Origin: a virus
Length of the DNA stretch: 64,000 bases
Virus record (IMG/VR): IMGVR_UViG_3300042468_000945
Span: 1-64,000 of that record
Direction: 5' to 3' (one strand)
The notes beneath the pieces were generated by a model. That model did not search any database, was not told where the DNA came from, and saw only the letters and a program-made list of their open reading frames with translations. The position numbers were made by a program, and so were the translations under genes. Shown here in pieces: positions 16,394-25,718 of this stretch; within the stretch, counting starts at the first letter, position 1, and every line of letters begins with the position of its first letter.

Positions 16394-18401
16394 ATTGTCT
16401 GCTTTTAGGTACTTGAATGTTCCCTTTATTTAGTGTACCAAATGTGCTGCTAAATAGAACACCACTTGCTGTGTTAAAGAAACTGGTATCAACACTCATA
16501 AAGTTTTCTTTACAGTTTTGATAATCATTTATGGGTCCACTAAGATATGCTGCAAGTAATGGATATCTTGTACTGTAAGGAGGTTTGTCGTAGTTAACAT
16601 CTTTAAGAAGCTTAAAGAATTCCCATACCCCTTCAAGTTTACCTATAGAGTTATTTGCTAAATTCAGTGTAGCTGATGTAATAGGAATGTTAGTTCCATT
16701 AATGGCTACGTCTGCTGTTACTTTAACTCTAGTATCGCCAAACCATAAAAACTCACCAGTACCAATAGCTCCAGTTATCGGTAGGGTTGTTAGTGCAGAT
16801 ACTGTACCATTAACCGCACCAGAAAGCTGAACAGCTACACTTAGTGATGACTTATCTGGAACCATTGTTCTTCTTTGAGCCCACGTATTGAGTGCATTAT
16901 CTAAATGGAATCCTACAAGACAATCTTTAAAAGTATTTTCGTCTGATACAATATAACTACCACCATTTGTTCTGATTGCAAAGTCAATGTTTTCAAATAA
17001 GCAGTTACTAATTGTGAAATCACTTACACCATCATCCAGATAAACTCCAGCTAGTACGTTACCTGCATACTTAGCATTTTCAGAGTACATAGTTGTTTTG
17101 TGATTTTTAATTGTAGAATTTGAAATACTGTTTCCTCTGAAAGATGGGTCTCGTCCACTATAGACTGTACCGTTGTCTGCATTATTTCTTGCTGTATTAT
17201 CTATGTACAAATTGGATAGTTTACACTCATTACCCCACAAGAAACAAGCTGCTCCATTAGAGTTTTCAAACCTACAGGTTTTAACAGTTAAACCACAACC
17301 ATAAAAAACGATTCCAGCACCGTGAACTTGAGCAAACCTACCACTACCAGAAAACTTAACATTTTCAAATAATGTACCACTATCTAGTAATGTTTCTCTT
17401 GAAGTTGTTGTAATATAGAATGATTGTGCTCCAATATCGTTAATAGTTGAGTTTGTTACCTTCAAGCCCGTACCAGTATATACAACACCAGCATTACCTA
17501 TAGCTGTAAGGTATGAATTATTAAAAGTAAAGTTAGTACAATTATTACAGGTTATAGCTGTGCCTCTAAGCCCTCTAATTGTAATTTCTAGGTTAACGTT
17601 ATTACAGTTATTAAAAGTAATAGCTGACCCAACAAACTCTCCACCAGTCAACGCTGTTTTTTGAGTATTAGGATTAAACCCTACAGGAGCAACATAATAG
17701 ACTTTACCGTAGTTACCAAAACTAGAAATTCTATCAATCCAATAATAACCTGCTTGGGTTAGGTATTCTGGAAGATTAAATGCGTAATATTTAGCTGTGT
17801 TTGATATTAAGTTAGTTACACCATTACTTACAGATGAGATTGTTAAAACATTCGTACCTGTATTAATAGCTGAAACTGTTTTCAATTCACTTGCATACAG
17901 TACTCCAACATTACCAATAACACACATACCATTAACATTAGTTAATGTATCAAACTCAGAGTTGCTGTAACCAAGAGAAACAGCATCTCCAGGAGATGTT
18001 GTATTTGCTACCCAAATATTTTGTCTTGCACACTCTGCAATGTTGTCTTGAATAATTAATTCTGCTGGTGGGATTGAAGTAAATGGAGTTTTTTGAAGTC
18101 CACCATGAACAACATTACTGTATGTCCCGAGACTAGCTCCATCCTTTAAAGTTGTAACCCAAACTTGTCCAGTTACACTTGCTGGAATCCTAGAAAAGAT
18201 TGGGTCTTGTGCTGTTAACTGTGTCCAGGTATTTAGACTATAAGAATAGTCTAAAGTACCTTTAATTGTAATATTGCTTTTGTTTGATATTACAATTTGA
18301 CGATCAGTATTTATTACACCAATATCAATTGATGTATTGTTTGCAAGCTGTTCAAGACTGAACTCAGCTTTACCTCTAGCTGCTCCTTTTATAGTTCTCA
18401 T
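16386..18401 (-). CDS. right-handed parallel beta-helix (pectin-lyase-like) protein, putative tailspike/depolymerase
   Basis: Beta-helix rungs ITFNNCNNVNLE, ITCNNCTNFTFNN; DNGTVYSGRD...RGNSISN and GVYLDDGVSDFTISNC resemble a bacterial beta-helix glycan-hydrolase family. Confidence 0.8.
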   Translation of the reverse strand: MRTIKGAARGKAEFSLEQLANNTSIDIGVINTDRQIVISNKSNITIKGTLDYSYSLNTWTQLTAQDPIFSRIPASVTGQVWVTTLKDGASLGTYSNVVHGGLQKTPFTSIPPAELIIQDNIAECARQNIWVANTTSPGDAVSLGYSNSEFDTLTNVNGMCVIGNVGVLYASELKTVSAINTGTNVLTISSVSNGVTNLISNTAKYYAFNLPEYLTQAGYYWIDRISSFGNYGKVYYVAPVGFNPNTQKTALTGGEFVGSAITFNNCNNVNLEITIRGLRGTAITCNNCTNFTFNNSYLTAIGNAGVVYTGTGLKVTNSTINDIGAQSFYITTTSRETLLDSGTLFENVKFSGSGRFAQVHGAGIVFYGCGLTVKTCRFENSNGAACFLWGNECKLSNLYIDNTARNNADNGTVYSGRDPSFRGNSISNSTIKNHKTTMYSENAKYAGNVLAGVYLDDGVSDFTISNCLFENIDFAIRTNGGSYIVSDENTFKDCLVGFHLDNALNTWAQRRTMVPDKSSLSVAVQLSGAVNGTVSALTTLPITGAIGTGEFLWFGDTRVKVTADVAINGTNIPITSATLNLANNSIGKLEGVWEFFKLLKDVNYDKPPYSTRYPLLAAYLSGPINDYQNCKENFMSVDTSFFNTASGVLFSSTFGTLNKGNIQVPKSRQFN

Positions 18402-19183
18402 GCTGAGTATGACCAGAACCAGTCAATAGCTGCTGGGGAAGCAGCACCTTGTATTTCTGTAAAACCAGTAGCGTTAAGTGATGCAAAAGAAGTTGGGAAG
18501 TTAAAAGCAGCAAATTCAGCTTGTGTATTAAACATGTTAGTGGCTAGTCCTGCGTTAAGATTAAAGCCCCTATTTGTCCAACCTGCTGGGTATACGTTAA
18601 AACCAGCTGGTGACCCCAAGTTAAGAAGCCGGGTTGCGCTGAAAGTCCCAGCTGAAGTTACACCAGATGCTGCAAACCTATTTGTAACCCATGCAATAAC
18701 ATAATCTCCAACATAAGGAAGTGCAGTTGGTGTTAAACAACCTGTACCAGACATTGTGTAAGCAGTACCAGACACAACAGAAAAAGTATTTTCAATTCCC
18801 GAAACTTTTGTATTAGGCAAACCTTGAGCGTTTAATGTATACAACGCAAACTTAATTTGAGGTTGAACACCCCCTGTTACAGAGTGTGCTGTAGCATCGT
18901 GTTGAATACCTACCTTATCAATTGGTTTAAGCGTAGGACTAAAAATTCTTTTACAGTATACTGTAGATTGTGAGCCTGTGGTTGGAAGAACACCTGTTGT
19001 TAGTGTGCTTTCAATAGGCATAAAACCAAATGCTCTTGAGGAGAAAAATCTTACGTTATCACTAAGTGCTCCAGTCACATTAGCGAGTAGGCTACTAAGT
19101 CCAACAACTTCGCTAACCAAAATCTGTGGGTAGTCCGGTGTTGTTGGGGTTCTAAAACTGTTAGGATCGTTAATTAGTGACAT
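18398..19183 (-). CDS. putative tail/receptor-binding structural protein
   Basis: 261 aa, rich in G/T/A/S; coupled to the beta-helix gene. Confidence 0.55.
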   Translation of the reverse strand: MSLINDPNSFRTPTTPDYPQILVSEVVGLSSLLANVTGALSDNVRFFSSRAFGFMPIESTLTTGVLPTTGSQSTVYCKRIFSPTLKPIDKVGIQHDATAHSVTGGVQPQIKFALYTLNAQGLPNTKVSGIENTFSVVSGTAYTMSGTGCLTPTALPYVGDYVIAWVTNRFAASGVTSAGTFSATRLLNLGSPAGFNVYPAGWTNRGFNLNAGLATNMFNTQAEFAAFNFPTSFASLNATGFTEIQGAASPAAIDWFWSYSA

Positions 19184-19190
19184 GTCAAAG

Positions 19191-19200
19191 TAAATAGAGG
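19191..19200 (-). promoter_or_regulatory. candidate phage late-promoter motif CCTCTATTTA
   Basis: Lies in a 20-nt intergenic gap; near-identical copies at 20965, 53326 and 58131. Confidence 0.45.
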
Positions 19201-19203
19201 AGT

Positions 19204-19791
19204 CTAAGGTCGTAAATAAGAAGATAAAATTGACTTTAATTTATCAGGTATTTTTACCTTCTCACCAGCTAACACACTTTCAATTATTTCTTGATGTTCT
19301 GGTGTTTGTTGGCTTATAAATATAGATAAAAGAGTATCATCTTCTAAATCTATTGAATGGTCTAGTGTTTCGTAATCTGTATGTGTTGTAGGAACTTTGT
19401 CTTTAATTGTTTGAGTTATTTGTTCTTTAAAGCAATAAACAATAGTGGAAGCCAAATTGGTTTCACACCTAATAATGGCTTCCATAACTGCTACTTGCCC
19501 TAAAGTAAATAGTTCATCTTTATCATAACAAGATAACTTATGCTTCAACATCATAGCTGTATTTTCTAATGGTGTTGATTTACTTGCAAAGGTCCTTAGA
19601 AATGCTTTTTGGTAAGAAGAAAAAGGATTAATTTTTCCTGTCAAACATACGCTTACCAAAGAAACTATAAGTCTTTGGAACATATATAAAAGTAGGTCCC
19701 TAGCTTCCATATCCCCCGCCTTTGCTTTTTCAATCAAAGGCGGGATTGTTAGTGGGTCAAACCGTTCATTCTTTGCTTTAGTTTTTCTCAT
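19204..19791 (-). CDS. sigma-70-like factor (regions 1.2/2; region 4 apparently truncated)
   Basis: LIEKAKAGDMEARDLLL...LIVSLV and DELFTLGQVAVMEAI match sigma region 2 patterns. Confidence 0.7.
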   Translation of the reverse strand: MRKTKAKNERFDPLTIPPLIEKAKAGDMEARDLLLYMFQRLIVSLVSVCLTGKINPFSSYQKAFLRTFASKSTPLENTAMMLKHKLSCYDKDELFTLGQVAVMEAIIRCETNLASTIVYCFKEQITQTIKDKVPTTHTDYETLDHSIDLEDDTLLSIFISQQTPEHQEIIESVLAGEKVKIPDKLKSILSSYLRP

Positions 19792-19796
19792 TAAAA

Positions 19797-20963
19797 CTAC
19801 TTTCTTCTTCTAAAATTTTTCTTGGGGCTTTTAGATTCTTCAGTTGAAAATCTATTAGATCTTCTTCTTTCAAACGATTCTCTGTTTGGTTCCGAGAACA
19901 TTTCAAAAGTATTAGTTTCTTCGTTTTTGACTTCAATTTTAGGTTCAGACAATTTTAGAATCCTACCATTAACAATTCTTCTTGTTTCTGGGGTAATCTT
20001 TTTACCTGTCAAAAATGCGTCAACAACTGCTGTGGTGCTGTGGTGAATTGCAATTTCATCATGCGAATGAATTTCTACAATACAGTCAAAAGGAGGATTA
20101 CCTTCTCTTTCTTGAATAGTTTTTTGAGTTCCTCTCTTTGTTGCCATCTCGTCTGTGAGAGTAACGGTTTTTACACCACCAATAAGTTCTGAAATTGATT
20201 TGTTTCTAATAATATCTTCTATTGTATTACCGTGTGCTGTAACTATGATTTGTACTCCTCTTTGAGATATAGTTTGGGCGGCAAGGCTCTCAGTATTGGT
20301 AGAGACTTCATCAACAATAATAACTTGTGGCATATGGTTTTCAACAGCTTCGATCATTACTTCATGTTGGTTCTTACTTCGGGGTACTTGCAATCGTCTA
20401 CTCTTTCCAACTGCCAAGTGTGGAACATCTCCTTCTCCAGCAATTTCGTTTGATGTATCAACAATCACAACTCTTTTTTGCATTTCAACAGACAGAATCT
20501 TTGCAGCTTCTCTTAGCAAACTCGTTTTTCCTACGCCTGGTGGCCCTACAATTAATAGGCTCTTTCCTTCATGTAACAAATCTTCAATAAGTTTTGCGTT
20601 TCCAACGTGGGGTTTTCCAATACGAATAGTTAAGCCAATAATATCCTCGTTTCTATTAACAATGACACTTATTCGGTGAAGGGTACCATCAATACCACAA
20701 CGATTATCAATATTAGGTTTACTTAGGTTACTAAGTATGTCGTTAATTAACTTTCTATCTGTAAGGATGTCTGTCTCATAGGCACTATCATTTTCATATC
20801 TAAACTCAACAAACCTACCTAAATCAACAACAATTTCAATTAATGTGTCAATATCAGTAATGCTATCTGAGATTTGATTTGGTAAGGTATCAAGTAATAA
20901 CTCAATGTCAGCGTAAACTGCTTCGTCAAAATTAGGGTTCATAAGTTTCCTTTGGTTTCCCAC
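19797..20963 (-). CDS. ycf45: Ycf45/SpoIIIAA-family AAA ATPase (ATG 20942 is an alternative start)
   Basis: LIEIVVDLGR, GIDGTLHRIS, Walker A GPPGVGKT, IVDTSNEIAGEGDVPH, QHEVMIEAVENHMPQVIIVDE, TAHG. Confidence 0.88.
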   Translation of the reverse strand: MGNQRKLMNPNFDEAVYADIELLLDTLPNQISDSITDIDTLIEIVVDLGRFVEFRYENDSAYETDILTDRKLINDILSNLSKPNIDNRCGIDGTLHRISVIVNRNEDIIGLTIRIGKPHVGNAKLIEDLLHEGKSLLIVGPPGVGKTSLLREAAKILSVEMQKRVVIVDTSNEIAGEGDVPHLAVGKSRRLQVPRSKNQHEVMIEAVENHMPQVIIVDEVSTNTESLAAQTISQRGVQIIVTAHGNTIEDIIRNKSISELIGGVKTVTLTDEMATKRGTQKTIQEREGNPPFDCIVEIHSHDEIAIHHSTTAVVDAFLTGKKITPETRRIVNGRILKLSEPKIEVKNEETNTFEMFSEPNRESFERRRSNRFSTEESKSPKKNFRRRK

Positions 20964-20964
20964 T

Positions 20965-20974
20965 TAAATAGGGG
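20965..20974 (-). promoter_or_regulatory. candidate late-promoter motif CCCCTATTTA
   Basis: Intergenic, upstream of the Ycf45-like gene. Confidence 0.45.
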
Positions 20975-20982
20975 ACTAGAAA

Positions 20983-21846
20983 CTAAGTTACAATTACAGA
21001 ATTAGTAGCGCGATCAAGGAAGGATTTTCCTTTTAAATTGCTATCTGTGAAACTTAATGCTTCTCTAATCCAAACATATAATATATTCCCATCCATAAAT
21101 GAATCTTCTATAGCTGTACCGCCATAATAATGCTCTTCTGAGGAGACAAAATGGAATTTACTGTCAAATTTTTCTTTTGTTAAATTATTAATAAATTCTC
21201 TAAAAGGAACATAAATTTTATCTCCATACATCCTTGCTGAAGAAATTTTAGTTTTTTTCAGGAAACTAGATTTTACTACATTCCAATTTTCATATTTTTC
21301 TGGTTGGGCTTTAGGTTTTGAAGCCTCTTTCATAAGATTCAATACAAATGTTTTTGTTACCCGATTACCAGGACAAGACTTTGTTGTTTTAGGGTCATCT
21401 CTATGAAATAGGATAGTCTTTGTAGTAACAGGTAAACCTAGCCACTCAGCTAAGATAACACCCAATTCAGTTGCTGTTTTCCAGCAAGCTAAACCCCTTC
21501 CTGATGATGGATTTTCTGTATCATAATCTCCCAGTACTTCAATACCTATACTGGATGAGTTAAAACTTGCAGCATGGATACCTTTTTCAGTAACTGATGT
21601 CATACCAAAAATTTGGTCTTCATCCACAAAGAAGTGAGGACCTCGATCCCATCGCTTCTCATTTTCATAAAAACTTTTAATATTAGCAATGTGTTGAATT
21701 GTAAAACCTTTAGGCCTGTCTTTTAATGCTGGAAACCATGTGTGGTGAAACGTAATACTTTTTACCCAGCCAGGTTTTGGCTGGGTTTGTAAATATGTTT
21801 TTAATGTTTCTGGTGTCCAGACTTTGCCTACTTCTTTAAAACCCAT
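20983..21846 (-). CDS. N-acetylmuramoyl-L-alanine amidase (Amidase_2), probable endolysin
   Basis: ITFHHT, HFFVD, GIHAASFN, SIGIEVLG, FHRD, KSCPG; C-terminal twice-repeated YVP/WxRE segment. Confidence 0.9.
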   Translation of the reverse strand: MGFKEVGKVWTPETLKTYLQTQPKPGWVKSITFHHTWFPALKDRPKGFTIQHIANIKSFYENEKRWDRGPHFFVDEDQIFGMTSVTEKGIHAASFNSSSIGIEVLGDYDTENPSSGRGLACWKTATELGVILAEWLGLPVTTKTILFHRDDPKTTKSCPGNRVTKTFVLNLMKEASKPKAQPEKYENWNVVKSSFLKKTKISSARMYGDKIYVPFREFINNLTKEKFDSKFHFVSSEEHYYGGTAIEDSFMDGNILYVWIREALSFTDSNLKGKSFLDRATNSVIVT

Positions 21847-22414
21847 TATGCATTCCGTCCATTACTGTACCAACAAGTACATCACTTTCTTTTTCAACTA
21901 CTGGTGCAAGGAGTGCGACCAACATAGCAAGGAATCTCTTTTCTTGGATTGTTGGTTGGAAAGGAAGCCTTGCTTTTGTAAGTTTAGCAATGGTTCCAGA
22001 AGATTCTAAGAAGGAATCAAGAGCATAGTTCAACTTCTCTGAAGATCTAAGTACTTGAATAAAGAGTTGACTATCTTCTAAATTAGCTAAAGCCTCAGAA
22101 CCAAATGATTCTAACTCTTCATTTGTCAAACTTCTAATTGCAATCTTGTCACAATACTTTTGAAATTCTTCATTAGCATCTTCCCAAGTAACGTTAGGAC
22201 TACCAGTATCAAAGTTTTCTGGGAGAGTCAACTTTTGAAGTGCTTTCATTAAAGGTGCAATAAAAGCTTCATGTGCAGTAATACTTACAACTGCATCGTT
22301 TTGAGCAAGAGTGGCTACAATAATGCCTTGTAAGTCTTTTCTAAGTGCCTCTTCTTGTTCGTCTTCTGTTAACTTGTAAAGGGCAAAATTATTTAGTCTT
22401 TCTTGAATCGTCAT
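21836..22414 (-). CDS. hypothetical protein
   Basis: 192-aa helical/acidic ORF. Confidence 0.7.
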   Translation of the reverse strand: MTIQERLNNFALYKLTEDEQEEALRKDLQGIIVATLAQNDAVVSITAHEAFIAPLMKALQKLTLPENFDTGSPNVTWEDANEEFQKYCDKIAIRSLTNEELESFGSEALANLEDSQLFIQVLRSSEKLNYALDSFLESSGTIAKLTKARLPFQPTIQEKRFLAMLVALLAPVVEKESDVLVGTVMDGMHNGF

Positions 22415-22525
22415 CTTTATTATTCCTTTTCTTCTTCTTTTTCTCTTGTGCTTTAGTAATTTCTTCTTCTATGATTTTGGTGCTTTCAAGGTTACCATCT
22501 AACCCTATAAATTTAATTTCTTCCA

Positions 22526-22996
22526 TTATTCAGACCACCCAGCAATTGTTTTTGGATTAGAAAAGTCTGGTGAGTATTGTCCTTCTAGTACTTTGAAGAT
22601 GTGTTTGTCTTTTTCCTTTAGTATTGTAATTCTTAGTGTACCAGGTTTGTTAGTTTCTTTATCTAATGCTTGTAATTCCCATACACATTCTTCACATAAT
22701 TTACCTACTTCATTAATATACTGTAGGAGCTTTTTATAATTTTTTCCAACAAATGCGACATAGTATCTTTCATTAACAGTAACAAAGTTTACAGGATCGG
22801 AATCAATTTTATTACTTGGTACTTTAATTGAATCACTAATTGGTGAAAAGATCATATCTGAATCAACATAAAGAGCAGGGTCTTCTGAGTTGTACTTATG
22901 TAGTTTTTGCTTGTTTCCCCAACCCCCGTCTACCTTTACTGAACCAATCCATACGTTTGGTTCAATGTATTTTTTAATTAAATCTTTATTAGTCAT
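22526..22996 (-). CDS. hypothetical protein
   Basis: 156-aa ORF. Confidence 0.7.
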   Translation of the reverse strand: MTNKDLIKKYIEPNVWIGSVKVDGGWGNKQKLHKYNSEDPALYVDSDMIFSPISDSIKVPSNKIDSDPVNFVTVNERYYVAFVGKNYKKLLQYINEVGKLCEECVWELQALDKETNKPGTLRITILKEKDKHIFKVLEGQYSPDFSNPKTIAGWSE

Positions 22997-22997
22997 A

Positions 22998-23207
22998 CTA
23001 CACGCACATCACTATATCACTATCTAGTTGTAATAAATATTTTGCTTTCTTTCTACCTTTTGGGTAGGTTAAAAAATATTTATACTCGTAATAAGCTGAG
23101 TTATATTCCATCCACTCATGGACAGCACATTTTTCTCTGTCAATACTATTCTTTATATTGGCTAGATTTATATAACCAAGTTTAGTATTAATCCATTTTG
23201 AACTCAT
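22998..23207 (-). CDS. small hypothetical protein
   Basis: 69-aa ORF in the operon. Confidence 0.55.
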   Translation of the reverse strand: MSSKWINTKLGYINLANIKNSIDREKCAVHEWMEYNSAYYEYKYFLTYPKGRKKAKYLLQLDSDIVMCV

Positions 23208-24255
23208 TAATTAACCTTACAATTTCTTTTCTTTGCTCTTTTGTTACCCAGAAACCATTTGGTATTGATATTTGAGTTTTGTCAAAATATTCTGTATTTG
23301 GAAGGTCAATCTTAGAATCTTTAAAGACTGTGTGTTTGTCGTTTCTTGCGTGGACTTGTGAAGTTGATACACCATTGATTTTCATGTAATCAATAAACCC
23401 ATCCCTGAGTTTTTGATTTTTTAATTGTAGTGTATAAATCCAATAATTACATGTTGGATCATACTCATGTAAAATAACATCTGAGTTTGTAATCTTATCA
23501 CAATAGTATTTAGCATTTTTTCTTGATTTGACAACTGCTTTCTTAGCATTTTCAATATTTCCTAAACCAATAGCTGAACCGACATCATGTGGTTGAAATT
23601 TGTATCCTGGAATTTTAATATCTTGTTTACAGCGGAAGGATTCGTTTGCATCACGATTTAATCCAAACCATCTCATAAGCTTGGCATTTTCATACTTATC
23701 TTGTGGAACCATTAATGCACCACCATCTACAGTAGTTAAGAATTTAATTGCTTGGAAGCTCCAGCAAATGTAGTCGCCACAGTTATCAGGATCAACGTAC
23801 AGGCAATGTGCGGCATCTTGAATAATAGGAATACCAAACTTCTTTAAAGCGTTGTAATCACAAAATCTTCCTGCCCAATCAACAGCAATAATTGCTTTGG
23901 TTTCTGGAGTTATTTTCCTTCCAACATCTTCTGGATCAATCAACCCAAACTCATTAATGTCTGCCCATATAATGCTTGCGTAATGGTGAAGAACAGGTAG
24001 GTTTGAGGCGGTGCAGGTCTGTGCAGTTGATATAACTTGTGTTCCTGGTTCAACCCCACAAAGAGTCAAAGCCATTGTTATTGCACTTGTACAAGAGTTA
24101 ACAGATAATGGTTTAACAGGAAGGTTTGGATTCAAAGCATAGAAAGCTTCTTCAAATTCTTCAACAACTTTTCCTTGTCCAATATATCCAGACTTAATTA
24201 CTTGATTAAGTAATTTACTTCTAGAATTCATGTTAACTTTAAATAGTGGTATCAT
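23188..24255 (-). CDS. DegT/DnrJ/EryC1/StrS PLP-dependent nucleotide-sugar aminotransferase
   Basis: GQGKVVEEFE, VNSCTSA, IIQDAAH, SFQAIKFLTTVDGG (Schiff-base Lys), RWFG. Confidence 0.93.
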   Translation of the reverse strand: MIPLFKVNMNSRSKLLNQVIKSGYIGQGKVVEEFEEAFYALNPNLPVKPLSVNSCTSAITMALTLCGVEPGTQVISTAQTCTASNLPVLHHYASIIWADINEFGLIDPEDVGRKITPETKAIIAVDWAGRFCDYNALKKFGIPIIQDAAHCLYVDPDNCGDYICWSFQAIKFLTTVDGGALMVPQDKYENAKLMRWFGLNRDANESFRCKQDIKIPGYKFQPHDVGSAIGLGNIENAKKAVVKSRKNAKYYCDKITNSDVILHEYDPTCNYWIYTLQLKNQKLRDGFIDYMKINGVSTSQVHARNDKHTVFKDSKIDLPNTEYFDKTQISIPNGFWVTKEQRKEIVRLINEFKMD

Positions 24256-24968
24256 TATTGTTTGTCTACTACATTATATGTGTTAGTTCTTCCACCTAGT
24301 TGGTCACTAAAAAATGCTTTGTACTGGGAGGTAATTGAATTAAAAGGACATAAACCTAAAGAATTATATAATTGATCATATATAGATGCATCTAAATTTC
24401 TTGTCCCTTGTGGGTAGTGTAATTGATTATCATTAAAAGCATTTATCCTATAACTTACTTGCGTAGAATCAACTGTACAACTTGGTATTAAATTATGGGT
24501 GTGGTTTAATCCATGACCTCTAGTTATATTATTATCTACTAATTCTCGATAAGTTTCTATATACGGGTCAAATGGAATTATATGTGAATAAGAATAGTTT
24601 ATATTAGGATTGTCTGTATAAAATTTATTGAGGTTTTCTAAATAGTCTGGAAGAAGTGCATCATCGTCACACAAACAAATAAATACATCTTCTGTAGAAG
24701 ATCTTATAGCTTCAGTCATAAACAAACCATGTCTACTACCGCCCTGTGTTTCTTTTTGTTCAATACTATCTTCAATGTAGATAAACTCAATTTGATCAAG
24801 GTAATCTTTTAAAACTTCTTCTACAATTGGTCTACCTTTGTTAGTAGAACCGTCATCAATAAATACTAATCGCCAATTTTTATATGTTTGATCTCTTATG
24901 GACTCTAGAGCATTTAGAAACATTTTGGGTCTCTCAAAATAAACTAAACAAATTAAAAATTTTAACAT
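24255..24968 (-). CDS. GT2 (GT-A fold) glycosyltransferase
   Basis: ERPKMFLNALESIRDQTYKNWRLVFIDDGS; LCDDD. Confidence 0.9.
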   Translation of the reverse strand: MLKFLICLVYFERPKMFLNALESIRDQTYKNWRLVFIDDGSTNKGRPIVEEVLKDYLDQIEFIYIEDSIEQKETQGGSRHGLFMTEAIRSSTEDVFICLCDDDALLPDYLENLNKFYTDNPNINYSYSHIIPFDPYIETYRELVDNNITRGHGLNHTHNLIPSCTVDSTQVSYRINAFNDNQLHYPQGTRNLDASIYDQLYNSLGLCPFNSITSQYKAFFSDQLGGRTNTYNVVDKQ

Positions 24969-25585
24969 TGTCCACCATCTAATTTTAGTGTAGATGCATT
25001 AAAGTACTCTGTGTTTACAATAAATTCAATTGCATTACAAATTTCTTCTACATTTCCTAGTCTTTTTAATGGATTAGTTGATAATACTTTTTCAAGAATC
25101 TTTTCAGGTACTTTGTTTGTAAGACCACCATTAAAGTAACCAAGAGCAATTGAGTTTGCAGTTATACCATATTTAGCATTTTCTAATCCAATTGTCCTAG
25201 TAAGAGTTTCACAAAACTTCTTACCTGCGGCATAGATAGATGTACCTTTAATTGGATTATCTCCTAATATAGACGAGATATAAATAATTCTACCATACCC
25301 TTTAAGTTTCATGTAAGGTATACAAGCAGCACAAACATGAGAGTGACCAATAACATTTACTTGAATCATTTTCTCAATATCTGAATCCATTAAATTTGTA
25401 AATAGACCATCAATATTGATCGTTGCAAGGTTGATTACAATGTCATAGTCTAGTCCCATCTTTAATGGTTCTTGAATACTCATATCTGATCCAAAAGAAT
25501 CTACATGATATTTGTCTTTAAGAATATCGTAAACTTGTTTTCCTAATCCGCCCGTACCCCCAACTAGAAGAAGTCGTTTAGTCAT
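24962..25585 (-). CDS. short-chain dehydrogenase/reductase, FabG-like
   Basis: GGTGGLG, IIYISS, YAAGK (YxxxK), NSIALG, PLKRLG. Confidence 0.9.
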   Translation of the reverse strand: MTKRLLLVGGTGGLGKQVYDILKDKYHVDSFGSDMSIQEPLKMGLDYDIVINLATINIDGLFTNLMDSDIEKMIQVNVIGHSHVCAACIPYMKLKGYGRIIYISSILGDNPIKGTSIYAAGKKFCETLTRTIGLENAKYGITANSIALGYFNGGLTNKVPEKILEKVLSTNPLKRLGNVEEICNAIEFIVNTEYFNASTLKLDGGQC

Positions 25586-25718
25586 TATAAAACTCCCCGT
25601 ATTTAGGATCGAACTCAGTGATCCATAAAGGAATGTTTGTATTCTGAATTGTAGCTGACTGTAGTTCCCAGAAAGTTTCTGCTAATTTTATTTGACCCAA
25701 CCAATTAATGTAATTCAT
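25578..25718 (-). CDS. small hypothetical protein, 46 aa (below the ORF track cutoff)
   Basis: MNYINWLGQIKLAETFWELQ...GEFYND* overlaps both flanking genes and fills a 119-nt gap. Confidence 0.55.
   Translation of the reverse strand: MNYINWLGQIKLAETFWELQSATIQNTNIPLWITEFDPKYGEFYND

Noticed and set aside
19822-20679. Four + strand ORFs over the Ycf45-like gene
   Set aside because: Antisense shadows with no motifs or start context.
19191-20974. TAAATA cores as T4-type TATAAATA late promoters
   Set aside because: They are on the non-coding strand relative to all neighbouring genes and lack the leading TA. Kept only as the reverse-complement motif.
25600-25625. GTTCGATCC T-loop-like motif on the - strand
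   Set aside because: The flanks do not form a 5-bp T-stem or cloverleaf, and the motif lies inside the 46-aa ORF.
25578-25718. The small ORF as an acyl carrier protein for the SDR/acyltransferase
   Set aside because: Too short, and it has no DSL phosphopantetheine motif.
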